Position numbers and translations under genes: made by a program. The notes under the pieces were generated by a model. That model saw only the letters and a program-made list of their open reading frames with translations, was not told where the DNA came from and did not search any database. DNA of 64,000 nt, taken from IMG/VR virus record IMGVR_UViG_3300010396_000044, one strand, 5' to 3'. Source of the stretch: an uncultured virus (IMG/VR IMGVR_UViG_3300010396_000044) (lineage: Duplodnaviria; Heunggongvirae; Uroviricota; Caudoviricetes). Each line of letters opens with the position of its first letter. The first letter of the stretch is position 1. Below, piece after piece: positions 37,298 through 47,759 of the stretch.

Positions 37298-38173
37298 ATG
37301 GGCGACTGGCCGCTGGCCTCCGGCTTCCGCGCGGAGAGTTTCGGCACGAGCACCGCCACCCAAGGCGGCACTACGGTGACAGGGGGGGCCACTGCTCATA
37401 CTAAAGGGTCTTGGGTGCAGCTGGACGCGTCAACTTCATTCGACGCTACCGTGTTTGCCCTGTATGTCGTGGTTCAATTCCAGGATACTTTATACTTGTT
37501 GGACGTCGGTATTGGCGCGGCGGGCAGCGAACAAGTTATCGTGCCTAATTTTTTGATCTCTCAGAGCGTGGGCCTGGTCTCCGAACTATTGTTGCCGATC
37601 GGTGTCCCGGCGGGCTCTCGTGTCGCGGTTAGATGCCAAGACAACTTCGGCAGCTCTAATCTGTACGTAACGGGCATGTTGTATTCCGGCGGGTGGGGTA
37701 ACGATCCCACCTATCAGACCATGACAGCTTACGGCGTGAACACCGCCGCAAGTAACGGGACGATAGTAGACGCCGGGGCCGTAGCTAACACTAAGGGTAG
37801 TTGGACGCAAATCGTGGCGTCTACCACGACCACAATGAAAGCGTTCATGATGTCAGCTATTCGCCCGGCGCCGGCTACCAGCATCACCGCGGATTTTTCT
37901 GTGCTTGCGGACGTGGGTGTCGGAGCCTCGGGTTCAGAGCAGGCACTGCTCTCGAATATGAGGTATTTTTCCTCAATACAGACCGGTGGTGTTATTACTC
38001 CGTACACGGCGGGTTCTGCCACGTTGTCCGGGTTGTCCACCCTGGTGCCTCGAATTATCCCGCCGGTGCCCTGCGATATTTCACAGGGTGTGCGTCTAGC
38101 TGTTAGACAGCAAGCCACTACCACTAACGCTAATGATCGGAAAGCGGCCTACGCTATTTACGGTCTGAACTAA
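37298..38173 (+). CDS. minor tail / receptor-binding-associated protein, two internal repeats
   Basis: A.TKGSW.Q..AST..DVG.GA.GSEQ present twice. Confidence 0.7.
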   Translation: MGDWPLASGFRAESFGTSTATQGGTTVTGGATAHTKGSWVQLDASTSFDATVFALYVVVQFQDTLYLLDVGIGAAGSEQVIVPNFLISQSVGLVSELLLPIGVPAGSRVAVRCQDNFGSSNLYVTGMLYSGGWGNDPTYQTMTAYGVNTAASNGTIVDAGAVANTKGSWTQIVASTTTTMKAFMMSAIRPAPATSITADFSVLADVGVGASGSEQALLSNMRYFSSIQTGGVITPYTAGSATLSGLSTLVPRIIPPVPCDISQGVRLAVRQQATTTNANDRKAAYAIYGLN

Positions 38174-38185
38174 AGGGGACGTCCC

Positions 38186-38527
38186 GTGGCCGTTAGTGTC
38201 AGCAATTCAGGGTCTCAAACCGCTACAATCAACACCGAGCACACTCTTGGCGCCGCGATTACCACTGCTGGCATTTACCAGCTTAAAGTGGACATGGCGA
38301 ATCTCGCGGCCGGTGATGTACTCGAATTGAGGATGTACGGGAAAGTTCGATCAACCGACACGGAGCGTTTGATGTGGGGCCCGGCGTCTTATGGGCCAGT
38401 GCCCCCAAGTGTGGACATCGCGGTGTCCCCTGCTGACGTATGCGCTGCTTCGGTGAAATTCACTCTCAAGCAGACGGCTGGCACTGGCCGCGCCTACCCG
38501 TGGGCCATTTATTCGACCGGAGCGTAA
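38186..38527 (+). CDS. minor tail protein
   Basis: FTLKQTAGTGRAYPW C-terminus; position. Confidence 0.65.
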   Translation: MAVSVSNSGSQTATINTEHTLGAAITTAGIYQLKVDMANLAAGDVLELRMYGKVRSTDTERLMWGPASYGPVPPSVDIAVSPADVCAASVKFTLKQTAGTGRAYPWAIYSTGA

Positions 38528-38530
38528 ATC

Positions 38531-40540
38531 ATGTCGTGGTTTACGCAGCAGTGGGCTGTCTACACCCCCACTATTTCCGATGTCATCATCACGGGCGACG
38601 CGCCGTCCGCGTTGCGATCAAGCGGCCCGCTCGGCGCGGCGTCACCAGACCTCGCTATCACCGATGCCCCAACAGGGTTGCGTTGTGGCGGCGCGGACGG
38701 TGTGCAGGGTTCGGGCATCGTCGTTGGCCCGGACACGCCCAGCGCCGCGCGTTATGGCGGCCCTGACGGCGGCCCTGCGGTTGATCTAGCAGTCAGCGAC
38801 GGGCCTCGTGGTACGCGCTACGGCGGCCCCAGCGGCGTGGCTGCTGTCGGTTTGACCCTGGTCGGTGACAGCCCGAGCGCAACGCGCGGCGGTGGCCCGG
38901 ACGGGTCAGTGTTCGCTGATGTTGGTGGCGGGGTCACGGTCACCGACACCCCGGGCGGTAGTCGGTACTACGGGCCCGACGGTGCGCTCGCCATCGGGGT
39001 CGTTTTCGGCCCGGACACGCCCAGCGCGGGGCGTAACAGCGGACCGGATGGCGGCGTCGCGGCCGATGTCGTCCTAGCCGACGCGCCGTCAGCGGCCCGG
39101 GTTGGCGGCCCTGCGGGTGTCGTCGTGGTTCTGGTGGGCGCCACCGACACCCCCAGCGCCCTCCGCAACGCCGGGCCTGTTGGTGCGCTCGCCATCGTCA
39201 TACCCCTCACCGGGGACACCCCCTCACCGGCCCGCCACGGCGGCGCCTCCGGGGTCCTCATTGTCGGGATCGGCGCGGACACCGACGTCGGCCCAGACAC
39301 ACCGGGCGCGATCCGCGGCGGGGGCCCGTCCGGGGACGTGCTGCTGGCCTTCCTCCCCACGCGTATCCCGTACGTTTCCCCCGCGCCCCTGGCGATCCCG
39401 GCCTACTCCGTGTGGCTCGCTGACACCGTCACCGGCCGCATGCTCTGGGAACTACCCCTGGTGTCCCACACCTGGTCGATCACCCTCGGTCAAGTCGGGA
39501 CCGCGTCGGTCACCCTCGACATTGAGAAAACCTGGGATTCCCTGTCCGACCAGGACGAGCGAGACCCGCGGGTGCTTCTCCGTGAAGTGATCACCGGGCC
39601 GTGGCGGTTCTGTATCGTGATCATGTGGGGCAACAACGTTGTCTGGGCCGGGCCGTACATCAGCCTTACCCAACCCCAACCCAACCAAGTGCAACTCAAC
39701 TGCGCCGAAATCCTCAAGCTCTACTCAAAACGGGTCATGGTCGCACCCGGGGCGCCCAACGCCACCGACACCACCGCCAACACCGTCATCGGCCCGGCAA
39801 CGACCAAACCCCACGCCATGGCGGTACTCCTGACCCAAGCCCTCACCGGCACCGGGAACAGCCTGCCCATCACCATCCCTGACCCCGGCGGCGCGGGCAC
39901 CGACTACCGCACCTACTACGGCTACGACCTCCGCAAATACTCCGACGCCATCGCCAGCCTCTCCGCCGAATACGACGGCCCCGAACTACGCCTCGACCCG
40001 CAAATCACCGCCGGCACGGACGCCAACTACCTCAACTGGGTCGCGCAAATCGGTAACCCGCACATCGGGCGAACCGTCACACCCTGGGTCTGGGACGACG
40101 ACGTCTCAGCCATGATCACCCTCGACGCCGACGCCTCCAACCAGGCCATGGGCTGGTGGTCCGGCGGCTCAGGATCCAGCACCGACAAAGTCATCGACCA
40201 CCTCACCGACACCCACCTCCTGGCAGTCGGCTACCCCATGCTCGAGGAAGTCGACACCAACAACTCCAGCCAAACACTGTGGGCGGTGCTGGACGCCATC
40301 ACCGCCGCTGACCTCGCCGCGAACAAGGACCCGATCCTGGCCTACCAGGTCAGTGTCCGCGCCGACACCGATCCCATGGTCGGCACCTACAAGGTCGGTG
40401 AGGACTACATCCTCGACGTCCGGGACAACCCGGTGATCCCCGACGGCACCTACACCCGCCGCATCGCCGGGCTCCAAGGCACCGAGAAACCCTGGGTGAC
40501 GATCACCGACGCGCCACCCCTGCCGGTAGGGAGCAGCTGA
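38531..40540 (+). CDS. minor tail protein with N-terminal repeat array
   Basis: about 11 D(T/A/S)PS..R.GGP.G repeats, then D..TG..ELP..VWAGP..GYP.LE domain. Confidence 0.8.
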   Translation: MSWFTQQWAVYTPTISDVIITGDAPSALRSSGPLGAASPDLAITDAPTGLRCGGADGVQGSGIVVGPDTPSAARYGGPDGGPAVDLAVSDGPRGTRYGGPSGVAAVGLTLVGDSPSATRGGGPDGSVFADVGGGVTVTDTPGGSRYYGPDGALAIGVVFGPDTPSAGRNSGPDGGVAADVVLADAPSAARVGGPAGVVVVLVGATDTPSALRNAGPVGALAIVIPLTGDTPSPARHGGASGVLIVGIGADTDVGPDTPGAIRGGGPSGDVLLAFLPTRIPYVSPAPLAIPAYSVWLADTVTGRMLWELPLVSHTWSITLGQVGTASVTLDIEKTWDSLSDQDERDPRVLLREVITGPWRFCIVIMWGNNVVWAGPYISLTQPQPNQVQLNCAEILKLYSKRVMVAPGAPNATDTTANTVIGPATTKPHAMAVLLTQALTGTGNSLPITIPDPGGAGTDYRTYYGYDLRKYSDAIASLSAEYDGPELRLDPQITAGTDANYLNWVAQIGNPHIGRTVTPWVWDDDVSAMITLDADASNQAMGWWSGGSGSSTDKVIDHLTDTHLLAVGYPMLEEVDTNNSSQTLWAVLDAITAADLAANKDPILAYQVSVRADTDPMVGTYKVGEDYILDVRDNPVIPDGTYTRRIAGLQGTEKPWVTITDAPPLPVGSS

Positions 40541-40541
40541 G

Positions 40542-41351
40542 ATGCCCACCACGCCGCTACCCAGCCGGCACCTGTCCGATGATCTGGTCGCTATCCGTAA
40601 ACAGCTGGATGAGTTGCAGCGCGCGGTGAACAGGCCCGCCGCGTCAATCCGCGACGCGAACAACAACGTTGTGCAGATGGTGAACAGCTCAACCCCCGGT
40701 CCGGTGATGGCAGCCCCCGGGCATGGGGTGTCGCTGGTCATGGCCAACGGAGCGGTGACCGTCGCGGACGAAGCCGGCCGCAACACGGCGCCGCTCACCG
40801 CGTCCGGGTTCACAGGCCCGGTGACCGGGGACACCCACGGCGTGCACCACGGCGACGTCGGCGTCAACGGGTCCGAGTTCTACAACCACTACGGCGACTT
40901 ACACGGCAACGGCTACGGATTCTGGTACGGCCCCGTCGGTGACGGAACCACCCAAAACCAGATCAACGCCACCAACGTCTTCGCCACCGGATTCTTCGGC
41001 AACGTCGGCATCCCGGGACAGAACTGGACCCTCTACGGCACCGTCGTCGCCCCCTCAGAAGCCCGGCTCAAACGCGACGTCACACTACGCCAAGACAACG
41101 CCGGCCAGCTGGTGGACGCGGTGCCCAGCTACCAGTGGTACTGGAAACCCGAAGCCTTCAACGACGACAACGAGCACGCCGGCCCCCTGGTGGACGACCT
41201 CGCTGAGCACGCGCCGTGGCTCGTGCGCCAAGAACACGACAGCGACCCCCGGGGCTACAACGATCGGGACCTGATCGGGGTGCTGTGGGCCGCGCTGCGG
41301 GACGCCCGCGCCCGCATCACCGCGCTAGAAACCCGACTCGACAGCAACTGA
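40542..41351 (+). CDS. tail fibre/spike with intramolecular chaperone (peptidase S74-like)
   Basis: SEARLKRDV..Y..H.G..LW.AL..RI..LE. Confidence 0.75.
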   Translation: MPTTPLPSRHLSDDLVAIRKQLDELQRAVNRPAASIRDANNNVVQMVNSSTPGPVMAAPGHGVSLVMANGAVTVADEAGRNTAPLTASGFTGPVTGDTHGVHHGDVGVNGSEFYNHYGDLHGNGYGFWYGPVGDGTTQNQINATNVFATGFFGNVGIPGQNWTLYGTVVAPSEARLKRDVTLRQDNAGQLVDAVPSYQWYWKPEAFNDDNEHAGPLVDDLAEHAPWLVRQEHDSDPRGYNDRDLIGVLWAALRDARARITALETRLDSN

Positions 41352-41367
41352 AACTGGGGGCCGCTCG

Positions 41368-41679
41368 GTGATCACACTCGGATCCAAGGGCGACACCCTC
41401 ACCGTCTACCTGTTCCGCGACGCCATGTTCTACGTCCCCATGGTCGCCACGGACCCGTGGCCCGACGGGGTCACCATCGAGCTGCACCTGATCAGCAACC
41501 AGCTCACCGATGACATCGTGTGGACCGCCACCATCGACGGCAGCACCGCCGCGTTCAACGAATCCCCCGACCAAGTCAACGCCGCGATCGACGCCAAGGT
41601 CTATGAGTCCCGCCTGTTTTACGTCGTTGACGGGATCGGTCCGCTGGGCTGGGCGCACGGGGGTGTCAATGCCACTTGA
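41368..41679 (+). CDS. small tail-associated protein
   Basis: DPWPDG..W.ATI.G..A.F; position. Confidence 0.6.
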   Translation: MITLGSKGDTLTVYLFRDAMFYVPMVATDPWPDGVTIELHLISNQLTDDIVWTATIDGSTAAFNESPDQVNAAIDAKVYESRLFYVVDGIGPLGWAHGGVNAT

Positions 41680-42028
41680 ACTCACCCCCGGTGTTGAAGT
41701 CACTATCGAACCGCCCGCCGTCCCCACCGTCACTGTCGTTCCACCACCAGCAGCGACCGTCACCGTGCTGCCCATCGCCGGCCCACCCGGCCCGCAAGGC
41801 CCACCCGGCGCCGCTGGAGTCTCGACCAACGCCTCCTGCGTGTGGACGCAGAGCACGCCGGTCTATCTGGTCCAGGCCATCCACAACCTGGGCTTCTACC
41901 CGGCGGGGGTCGTCGCCATCGACACCTCAGGGACCGAGGTCGAGTACTCCACCGTGTCCTATCCCTCCATCAACATCACCGAAGTCTCGTTTGACGTGCC
42001 CTTTTCGGGCGCACTTTATCTGAGTTAG
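41669..42028 (+). CDS. tail-associated protein with short collagen stretch
   Basis: GPPGPQGPPG; HNLGFYP..F..PFSG.LYLS. Confidence 0.7.
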   Translation: MPLELTPGVEVTIEPPAVPTVTVVPPPAATVTVLPIAGPPGPQGPPGAAGVSTNASCVWTQSTPVYLVQAIHNLGFYPAGVVAIDTSGTEVEYSTVSYPSINITEVSFDVPFSGALYLS

Positions 42029-42039
42029 GGGTCTGATCC

Positions 42040-43209
42040 ATGCCGCGCCGGTTTGCCACCTCTATTGACCTCATGGGCCTGGCGCTGCTGCACGCAGCCA
42101 TCGACCCCGTGTCATCCGATCCCGCTGGCCTCGGTAGCGGAGACGCCGGCCGGGTGTGGGTGAACACGACGGTCCCCACCGTGAAGTACTGGACCGGCAC
42201 CACGGCCATTGACCTGCTGGCCCGCGCCAACCAGACCGGCACCCAGCTGGCCAGCACCATCTCGAATTTCACCGCGACGGTGCAGGGCATCCAATGGTCG
42301 TCAATGACCGCGCCCACGGGTGCGGTGAACATGAGCTCGCAGAACTTCTCGAATCTGGCCACTGCCACGGCCAGCGGGCAAGCTGTCGAGTACGCACAAT
42401 TCAATAACGCGATCGCGGCGGTGCAAGCCGGGCTGGACTTCAAGGCCCCACCAGCCACGGTCGTGGTCACCACCAACATGTCCCTGACGGCCCCGGGCAC
42501 GACCATCAACGGGCACACCATGGCGGTCGGGGACACGGTGCTACTCACCGGACAAACCACCACCAGCCAGAACGGCATCTACACCTGGAACAGCGCGACC
42601 AGCCTGACCCGGCGGGCCGACTCGAACACCAACACCTCGATCTACTCCGGGACCATGATCTCGGTCGGCGCCGCGGACAGCACCAACCCGGACACGGTGT
42701 GGATGCAGACCGCGGTCGGCACCGGCACCAACGGCGCCCTGACACTCGGCACCGACAGCCAAACCTGGATCAAACCGTTCAGCGCCACAACGTACACGGC
42801 CGGTAATGGCATCAACATTACGGGCGCCACGATCAGCGCCGTTGTTGCTGGTAGTTCCAACACGGTTAACTCCGCAGCAGGGTCCACCAATGGCCTGTCC
42901 GTTGGCGGGTCTGGTCTCTATATCGACCCGACCACGGGCACCCGTAAAGTGTGGGGCACCGTTCCTACAGCGACGTCCGGTATCTACACCGTGTCCGGAG
43001 CGGCTTGCACGATCGCCCACGCACTCAATAACCAATATGTCCAGGTCCGGGTGTTCGCGGGCTCTTCCCCTCCCACCATCGGCGGTTCCACACCCTCGGC
43101 GGGCGAAGAAATCGAAGTGCAGATTGTGCGCACCGACGCTAACAACGTCCAGCTGACTTTCCCAGCCGCTCCCGGCTCGAATAACTATAACTTCTCAATC
43201 CAAGGTTAA
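42040..43209 (+). CDS. tail fibre / head-decoration-like protein
   Basis: GLDFK..GDTVLL.GQT..QNGIY..LTR.AD; YTAGNGI. Confidence 0.75.
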   Translation: MPRRFATSIDLMGLALLHAAIDPVSSDPAGLGSGDAGRVWVNTTVPTVKYWTGTTAIDLLARANQTGTQLASTISNFTATVQGIQWSSMTAPTGAVNMSSQNFSNLATATASGQAVEYAQFNNAIAAVQAGLDFKAPPATVVVTTNMSLTAPGTTINGHTMAVGDTVLLTGQTTTSQNGIYTWNSATSLTRRADSNTNTSIYSGTMISVGAADSTNPDTVWMQTAVGTGTNGALTLGTDSQTWIKPFSATTYTAGNGINITGATISAVVAGSSNTVNSAAGSTNGLSVGGSGLYIDPTTGTRKVWGTVPTATSGIYTVSGAACTIAHALNNQYVQVRVFAGSSPPTIGGSTPSAGEEIEVQIVRTDANNVQLTFPAAPGSNNYNFSIQG

Positions 43210-43212
43210 AAT

Positions 43213-43695
43213 ATGGCGCGCATTTTTGGCACGCCGATTATCCTGCCCGCCGATCCTGGCTCATCCATGCAGGCGGCCACTAAGCAATACGTGGACAACC
43301 ACACAGCGACCGGGACAGCTGGTGGGGCGCTGAATGGCACCTACCCGAACCCGAACCTGGATGTGGCGCCCTGGGCGCCGATCACGCTCACCGACGCGGC
43401 GACCGTCGCGGTGGACGCCTCCCTGGGTAACCACTTCCGGTGCTCCCTGACCGCGAGCCGGACCATCGGTGCGCCCAGCAACGCCACAGACGGTCAGCGG
43501 ATCCTGTTCGAACTGACCGCCTCCGGGGGGTCCTGGACACCGACGTTCACCACGGGCAGCTCCGGGTCCTACATCTTCGGCTCGGACATCACAGCGGTAA
43601 CCGCCATCGCGACGGGAAAGACCGATTTCATCGGGGCCGTCTATAACTCGACGGCAGCCCGGTGGCGGATCATCGCCTACGTCAAGGGCTTCTGA
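43213..43695 (+). CDS. tail-associated protein
   Basis: AATKQYVD, GG.L.GTYPNP, LTDAAT.A.DAS.GN. Confidence 0.7.
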   Translation: MARIFGTPIILPADPGSSMQAATKQYVDNHTATGTAGGALNGTYPNPNLDVAPWAPITLTDAATVAVDASLGNHFRCSLTASRTIGAPSNATDGQRILFELTASGGSWTPTFTTGSSGSYIFGSDITAVTAIATGKTDFIGAVYNSTAARWRIIAYVKGF

Positions 43696-45132
43696 ATGGC
43701 TATCGCACTCCAGGGCACCCCGGCAGCGGTGGTCGGCTCGTCATCCACGGCGACCTCGATCACCCTGACCATGCCGACCGGCAGCGTGGGCGACATTCTC
43801 TTTGTGCAGGTGACGGCCGGAGGCACCTCCTCCGGGTGCGTGCTTATCAGCCCCGCCGCCGCGGGTTGGACGATGGTCTGGTCCGTGGTCAACGCGGTCA
43901 TGACCACGAAAGTGTTCTACCGTTTCGTGCAGGCGGGGGATGCGACGTCCTACACTTTTAACCTCAATACCGGCGCCCCGGTGGCGGGAACCGTGGCGCG
44001 CTATTCGGGGTTGTCCTCCAGCACCCCGTTCCGTTTTGTGAACGCCACCGAGCAGGGCGCAGACAACTCAGTGGCCTACACCTCGATAGCGTTCCCGCCG
44101 ATTGACAACGTACAGAGCACCGATCTGACGTTGTGTTTCGTCGGGAACGCCACCAACACGGGGAGCCGCTCGCAGTCCACAGCGCTAACCACGCCGACCG
44201 GGTGGACCAACGTTATTAACTCCCTCGGTCCCACCTCCAACCAGTCCATCGCGCACATGGCGATGGCTACCTACTCCAAGGCTGCCGGTACTGACACGCC
44301 GTCCGTCACCACGAACTCCGGTAGCTCGTGCGCCATCTCCCTGGTGCTCATCGACTCGTCCAACGTGGTGGCGCCGGCCACGGGTGGGACGATCTCGTTT
44401 GTCAACGCGGCCACCACGGGGCAGAGCGCCACCAGCGGCACCATCACGGTCAGCGTGCCCTCCGCCGTGGCCGACGGTGACCTGTTACTGGCTGCGGTGG
44501 CCAACCCGAGTGGCGATGGTCTGTGGTCATCCATGACCGGGTGGGAGGCCATACCCATCACGACCAACAGCATGGAGCAGCAGGGTACGGGCAGTGACCT
44601 ATCGGACCTGGATGCGGCATTGTTCTACCGGATCGCTTCATCGGAACCGTCCAGCTACACATTCACCAACACCAAGAGCAATCACGGCAACGCCGGAGTG
44701 ATCGCCGCCTATCGGGGCATCCGCAATCCGTGGCCTATTCACCTGATGAATGTAACCAAGAGCCAGGGGTCGGGTAACACCTCGACCACTACCTCAGTGG
44801 CGCCCTACGCGCTTAACACGCTCAACGTCATTAACTCAGACATGCTCATTGTCAATCTCTACTGTTGCGGCAACGACGTGTCCAGCGGGGCTATCACGTT
44901 CACGATGCCGAGCAGCCCATGGAACAACCGAGCCACGGTGTCCGCGAGCATCGCAGCGACGTTCAATGGCGCCGTCGCAGTTGCCGACAAGCTGGGCGCC
45001 ACGGATCTCCCCACCGTCACCGCGAGCGTGGCCTGCGGGTGGGTCGTGTTCTCAGTGGCGGTGATCGGCGCCCCGGCGACATCCGGCCCGTCTAATGCGC
45101 AGAAGTCGGGATTCATGCCGTTTTTCATGTAA
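43696..45132 (+). CDS. minor tail / adhesin-like protein, two repeated domains
   Basis: P....GD.L..GW..FYR...SY.F..Y.G repeated twice. Confidence 0.7.
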   Translation: MAIALQGTPAAVVGSSSTATSITLTMPTGSVGDILFVQVTAGGTSSGCVLISPAAAGWTMVWSVVNAVMTTKVFYRFVQAGDATSYTFNLNTGAPVAGTVARYSGLSSSTPFRFVNATEQGADNSVAYTSIAFPPIDNVQSTDLTLCFVGNATNTGSRSQSTALTTPTGWTNVINSLGPTSNQSIAHMAMATYSKAAGTDTPSVTTNSGSSCAISLVLIDSSNVVAPATGGTISFVNAATTGQSATSGTITVSVPSAVADGDLLLAAVANPSGDGLWSSMTGWEAIPITTNSMEQQGTGSDLSDLDAALFYRIASSEPSSYTFTNTKSNHGNAGVIAAYRGIRNPWPIHLMNVTKSQGSGNTSTTTSVAPYALNTLNVINSDMLIVNLYCCGNDVSSGAITFTMPSSPWNNRATVSASIAATFNGAVAVADKLGATDLPTVTASVACGWVVFSVAVIGAPATSGPSNAQKSGFMPFFM

Positions 45133-45236
45133 CGATGCGACATCGACCCCTGCCGACCGTGATTCCGCATCCCCGCAGTAAACCCTCCCCACGGCTCGTT
45201 CTCCCGTTCGTTACTTAACAATCGGGAGGCTCACGC

Positions 45237-45647
45237 GTGGATCCGCTTCAACGACTTCACCGCGCGTGGAAAGCTAAACCCCTCGCGATCACCCTCGTCT
45301 TCGCGCTCGTCCCCGTCGGGGTCATCGTGCTCGTCTTCGGGGACTCCGCGGACTGGGCATTCGCCACCATCGGCGGCGGCGGCATCATCATCCGATACAT
45401 GGGGATCCTCATGATCCTCGGAGGAGCCTTCGTGGCATACAGCGTCATCCGCAAAGACGCCTTCTACGAAGTCCTCGGTCTCACCTTCGCCGCGTTAGGA
45501 ACCGCTGTCTACGGTGTCGGGATCCTCCTCGGATTCGGCGCGGAAGGCCTCATCACCGGCCTTGGGTACGTCAGCATGACCCTGGCGTTCCTCGGTCGGG
45601 TCGCGCTGCTGTGCCGCTCAGCGAAGATCGCCGCCAGCGAGCCATGA
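45237..45647 (+). CDS. 4-TM membrane protein (holin candidate)
   Basis: four hydrophobic segments; start of lysis block. Confidence 0.6.
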   Translation: MDPLQRLHRAWKAKPLAITLVFALVPVGVIVLVFGDSADWAFATIGGGGIIIRYMGILMILGGAFVAYSVIRKDAFYEVLGLTFAALGTAVYGVGILLGFGAEGLITGLGYVSMTLAFLGRVALLCRSAKIAASEP

Positions 45648-46039
45648 TTCCCACCCTCGGCACCCTGCTCACCGTGCTCACCGCGGCCCTCTCCGGCGGC
45701 GCCTCAACCCTGATCCTCGGCCTCGTCCACCGCCGCGGGGAACTCCGCCGCCTCCACACCGAAGCCGACGTCAACGTCTCCACCGTCACCGACACCCTCA
45801 TCCAACGCCTCCAATCCGACGGGAACATCTACCGCGAACAAGTCAGGGAACTCCAAAACAAAGTCGACCACCTCGAAAACAAGTACGAACGCCAACAACG
45901 CGACTTCATCTCCCAACTCCGGGACGCGCACACCGAAAACACCCGACTATCAACCCGCGTCGCCCAGCTGCAAACCGACCTGGACATCGCGAACCGGCAA
46001 ATCGAGGAACTACGCCGCCGCAGCCTAGGAGCCTCCTGA
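45644..46039 (+). CDS. membrane-anchored coiled-coil protein
   Basis: N-terminal TM then coiled coil; ATGA coupling. Confidence 0.7.
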   Translation: MIPTLGTLLTVLTAALSGGASTLILGLVHRRGELRRLHTEADVNVSTVTDTLIQRLQSDGNIYREQVRELQNKVDHLENKYERQQRDFISQLRDAHTENTRLSTRVAQLQTDLDIANRQIEELRRRSLGAS

Positions 46040-46224
46040 TGCGCCGCTGGCTCGTGCTCTGGCGCCCCCGACCGAAACGTGACCTTCCGGACGATTTGTT
46101 ACCGGAAATCCAATCGGTCCGCCACCAGCTAAACCAAACGCTGCACACGCTGCAACAGTTCGAGCGGCGCCTCAACGCGCTCGCCGAACTCACCAAAGCG
46201 GAAGAGGAGGCGACCGGTGAGTGA
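46039..46224 (+). CDS. hypothetical protein
   Basis: TGATG coupling. Confidence 0.55.
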   Translation: MRRWLVLWRPRPKRDLPDDLLPEIQSVRHQLNQTLHTLQQFERRLNALAELTKAEEEATGE

Positions 46225-46675
46225 CCCCACCCATGACGACGCGGCGGGGCTACTCATCACAGCCCGCAGCCTCACCGCATCCGTCGGTGACCTCACCGAG
46301 CAGATGAAACGAGCCGACCGGCGCACCTACGCGCTCGCCGTGTCTCTCGCGCTGGACGTTTTCCTGACCCTCGCGTTGGGTGCCTTCGGGGTCAACTTCC
46401 GGGACGAATCAGATTGCCAAGCGCAACAGAACGCGGCGTTCCGCGAAGCAGTAACCCGTGTCCGCGCCGCAGACGAAGAATTCAACGAACGGGAACTCGC
46501 GTCCTACGACGCGCAACTAACCCTGCTCAACACCGGGTTGGACCCAACCCGAACTCAGGCGCAGAAAACAGCAGCCACGAACACCTACAAGCAAGCCATC
46601 CTTAATGCCCGGGCGGCGATCGTCACCAAAGAACACACAAGCGCTATCAGTAATCTCCCCGCCGGGAACTGCTGA
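46217..46675 (+). CDS. membrane protein
   Basis: GAGGAGG RBS; one TM, C..N and terminal Cys. Confidence 0.65.
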   Translation: MSDPTHDDAAGLLITARSLTASVGDLTEQMKRADRRTYALAVSLALDVFLTLALGAFGVNFRDESDCQAQQNAAFREAVTRVRAADEEFNERELASYDAQLTLLNTGLDPTRTQAQKTAATNTYKQAILNARAAIVTKEHTSAISNLPAGNC

Positions 46676-47637
46676 TGACCGCCCACCTAGGACTCGACTA
46701 CGCCGGCGGTCTCCCCGGAGCCGCCGCGATCAAAAAAGCAGGGTACCGGTTCGTGTGCCGTTACCTCACCCCCGGCGGCCCAGGACTACCGGGGAAACTC
46801 CTCACACCAGAGGAGTACGCGGATCTTCAAGCGCACGGCATCGCCGCCGTCGTCAACTGGGAAACCAGCGCGACGCGGATGCTCGACGGCTACAACGCGG
46901 GCGTAGCAGACGCCGAAGCGGCAGAAACGCGAATCCGTGCGGTGGGCCACCCCCTGGACCGTCCGGTTTTCTTCTCGGCTGATTTTGACGCGACCCCTGC
47001 GCAGCAAGCCGAGATTGATGACTACCTGCGCGGGGTCGCGTCCGTCCTCGGCGCGGACCGGGTCGGGATCTACGGCAGCTACAACGTGGTGAAACGCTGC
47101 CTCGACAACCACACCGCGCGGTGGGCGTGGCAAACCGCAGCCTGGTCCAGGGGCCAGGTCGAGCCCCGCATCCACATCTATCAACGCATCACCAGCGCCA
47201 CCGTCGGCGGCGTCGAATGCGACGTGAACGAGGCCCTCAAGCTCCCCGACTTCGGGCAACACCCCACCCCCCACCACCGGAGGGACGACATGCCTCTCTT
47301 GCCCGCGACCACAATGCCAGCCGACCCCAACAGCGATCCCTCGACGTGGCCCCAAACCAACTTTGACGTCACCTTCGTCCCCGGCGAGGGCTGGTCTTGT
47401 GTGATCGGCGTAGAAGAATGGCCCGGCCGCACCAAAGACACCGCCCGCGGATTTGTGCTCTTAGCGTCGTGGGAAACACCACGCGGCCTCGTTCCCGTGA
47501 CCCCAGCGTTAGCGGTCGGTGGCGGAGGAATCATCCTCTACGACCACGCTCCCACCGTCACCTTCACCGCACCCCCTGACGCGTCCGGGCTCACCCTGAA
47601 CTACGGCGCGCCCGGAGGGGTAACGATAGGCACCTGA
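46675..47637 (+). CDS. endolysin, DUF1906/GH25-like glycoside hydrolase
   Basis: GY.FVCRYL..K.L..E, FFSADFD, GIYG, WQT.AWS, CDVN. Confidence 0.9.
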   Translation: MTAHLGLDYAGGLPGAAAIKKAGYRFVCRYLTPGGPGLPGKLLTPEEYADLQAHGIAAVVNWETSATRMLDGYNAGVADAEAAETRIRAVGHPLDRPVFFSADFDATPAQQAEIDDYLRGVASVLGADRVGIYGSYNVVKRCLDNHTARWAWQTAAWSRGQVEPRIHIYQRITSATVGGVECDVNEALKLPDFGQHPTPHHRRDDMPLLPATTMPADPNSDPSTWPQTNFDVTFVPGEGWSCVIGVEEWPGRTKDTARGFVLLASWETPRGLVPVTPALAVGGGGIILYDHAPTVTFTAPPDASGLTLNYGAPGGVTIGT

Positions 47638-47759
47638 CCCTGCTGTTTGAGGGGGTATTTGACCCCCAGGTGCGCCGCTGCCGGGCGAGATCTAAGACAC
47701 CTAGTCCCACCCCCACCCCCTTTTGCGCGCTGCGGGGGTTTCACCCAAAGGAGTAGCCC

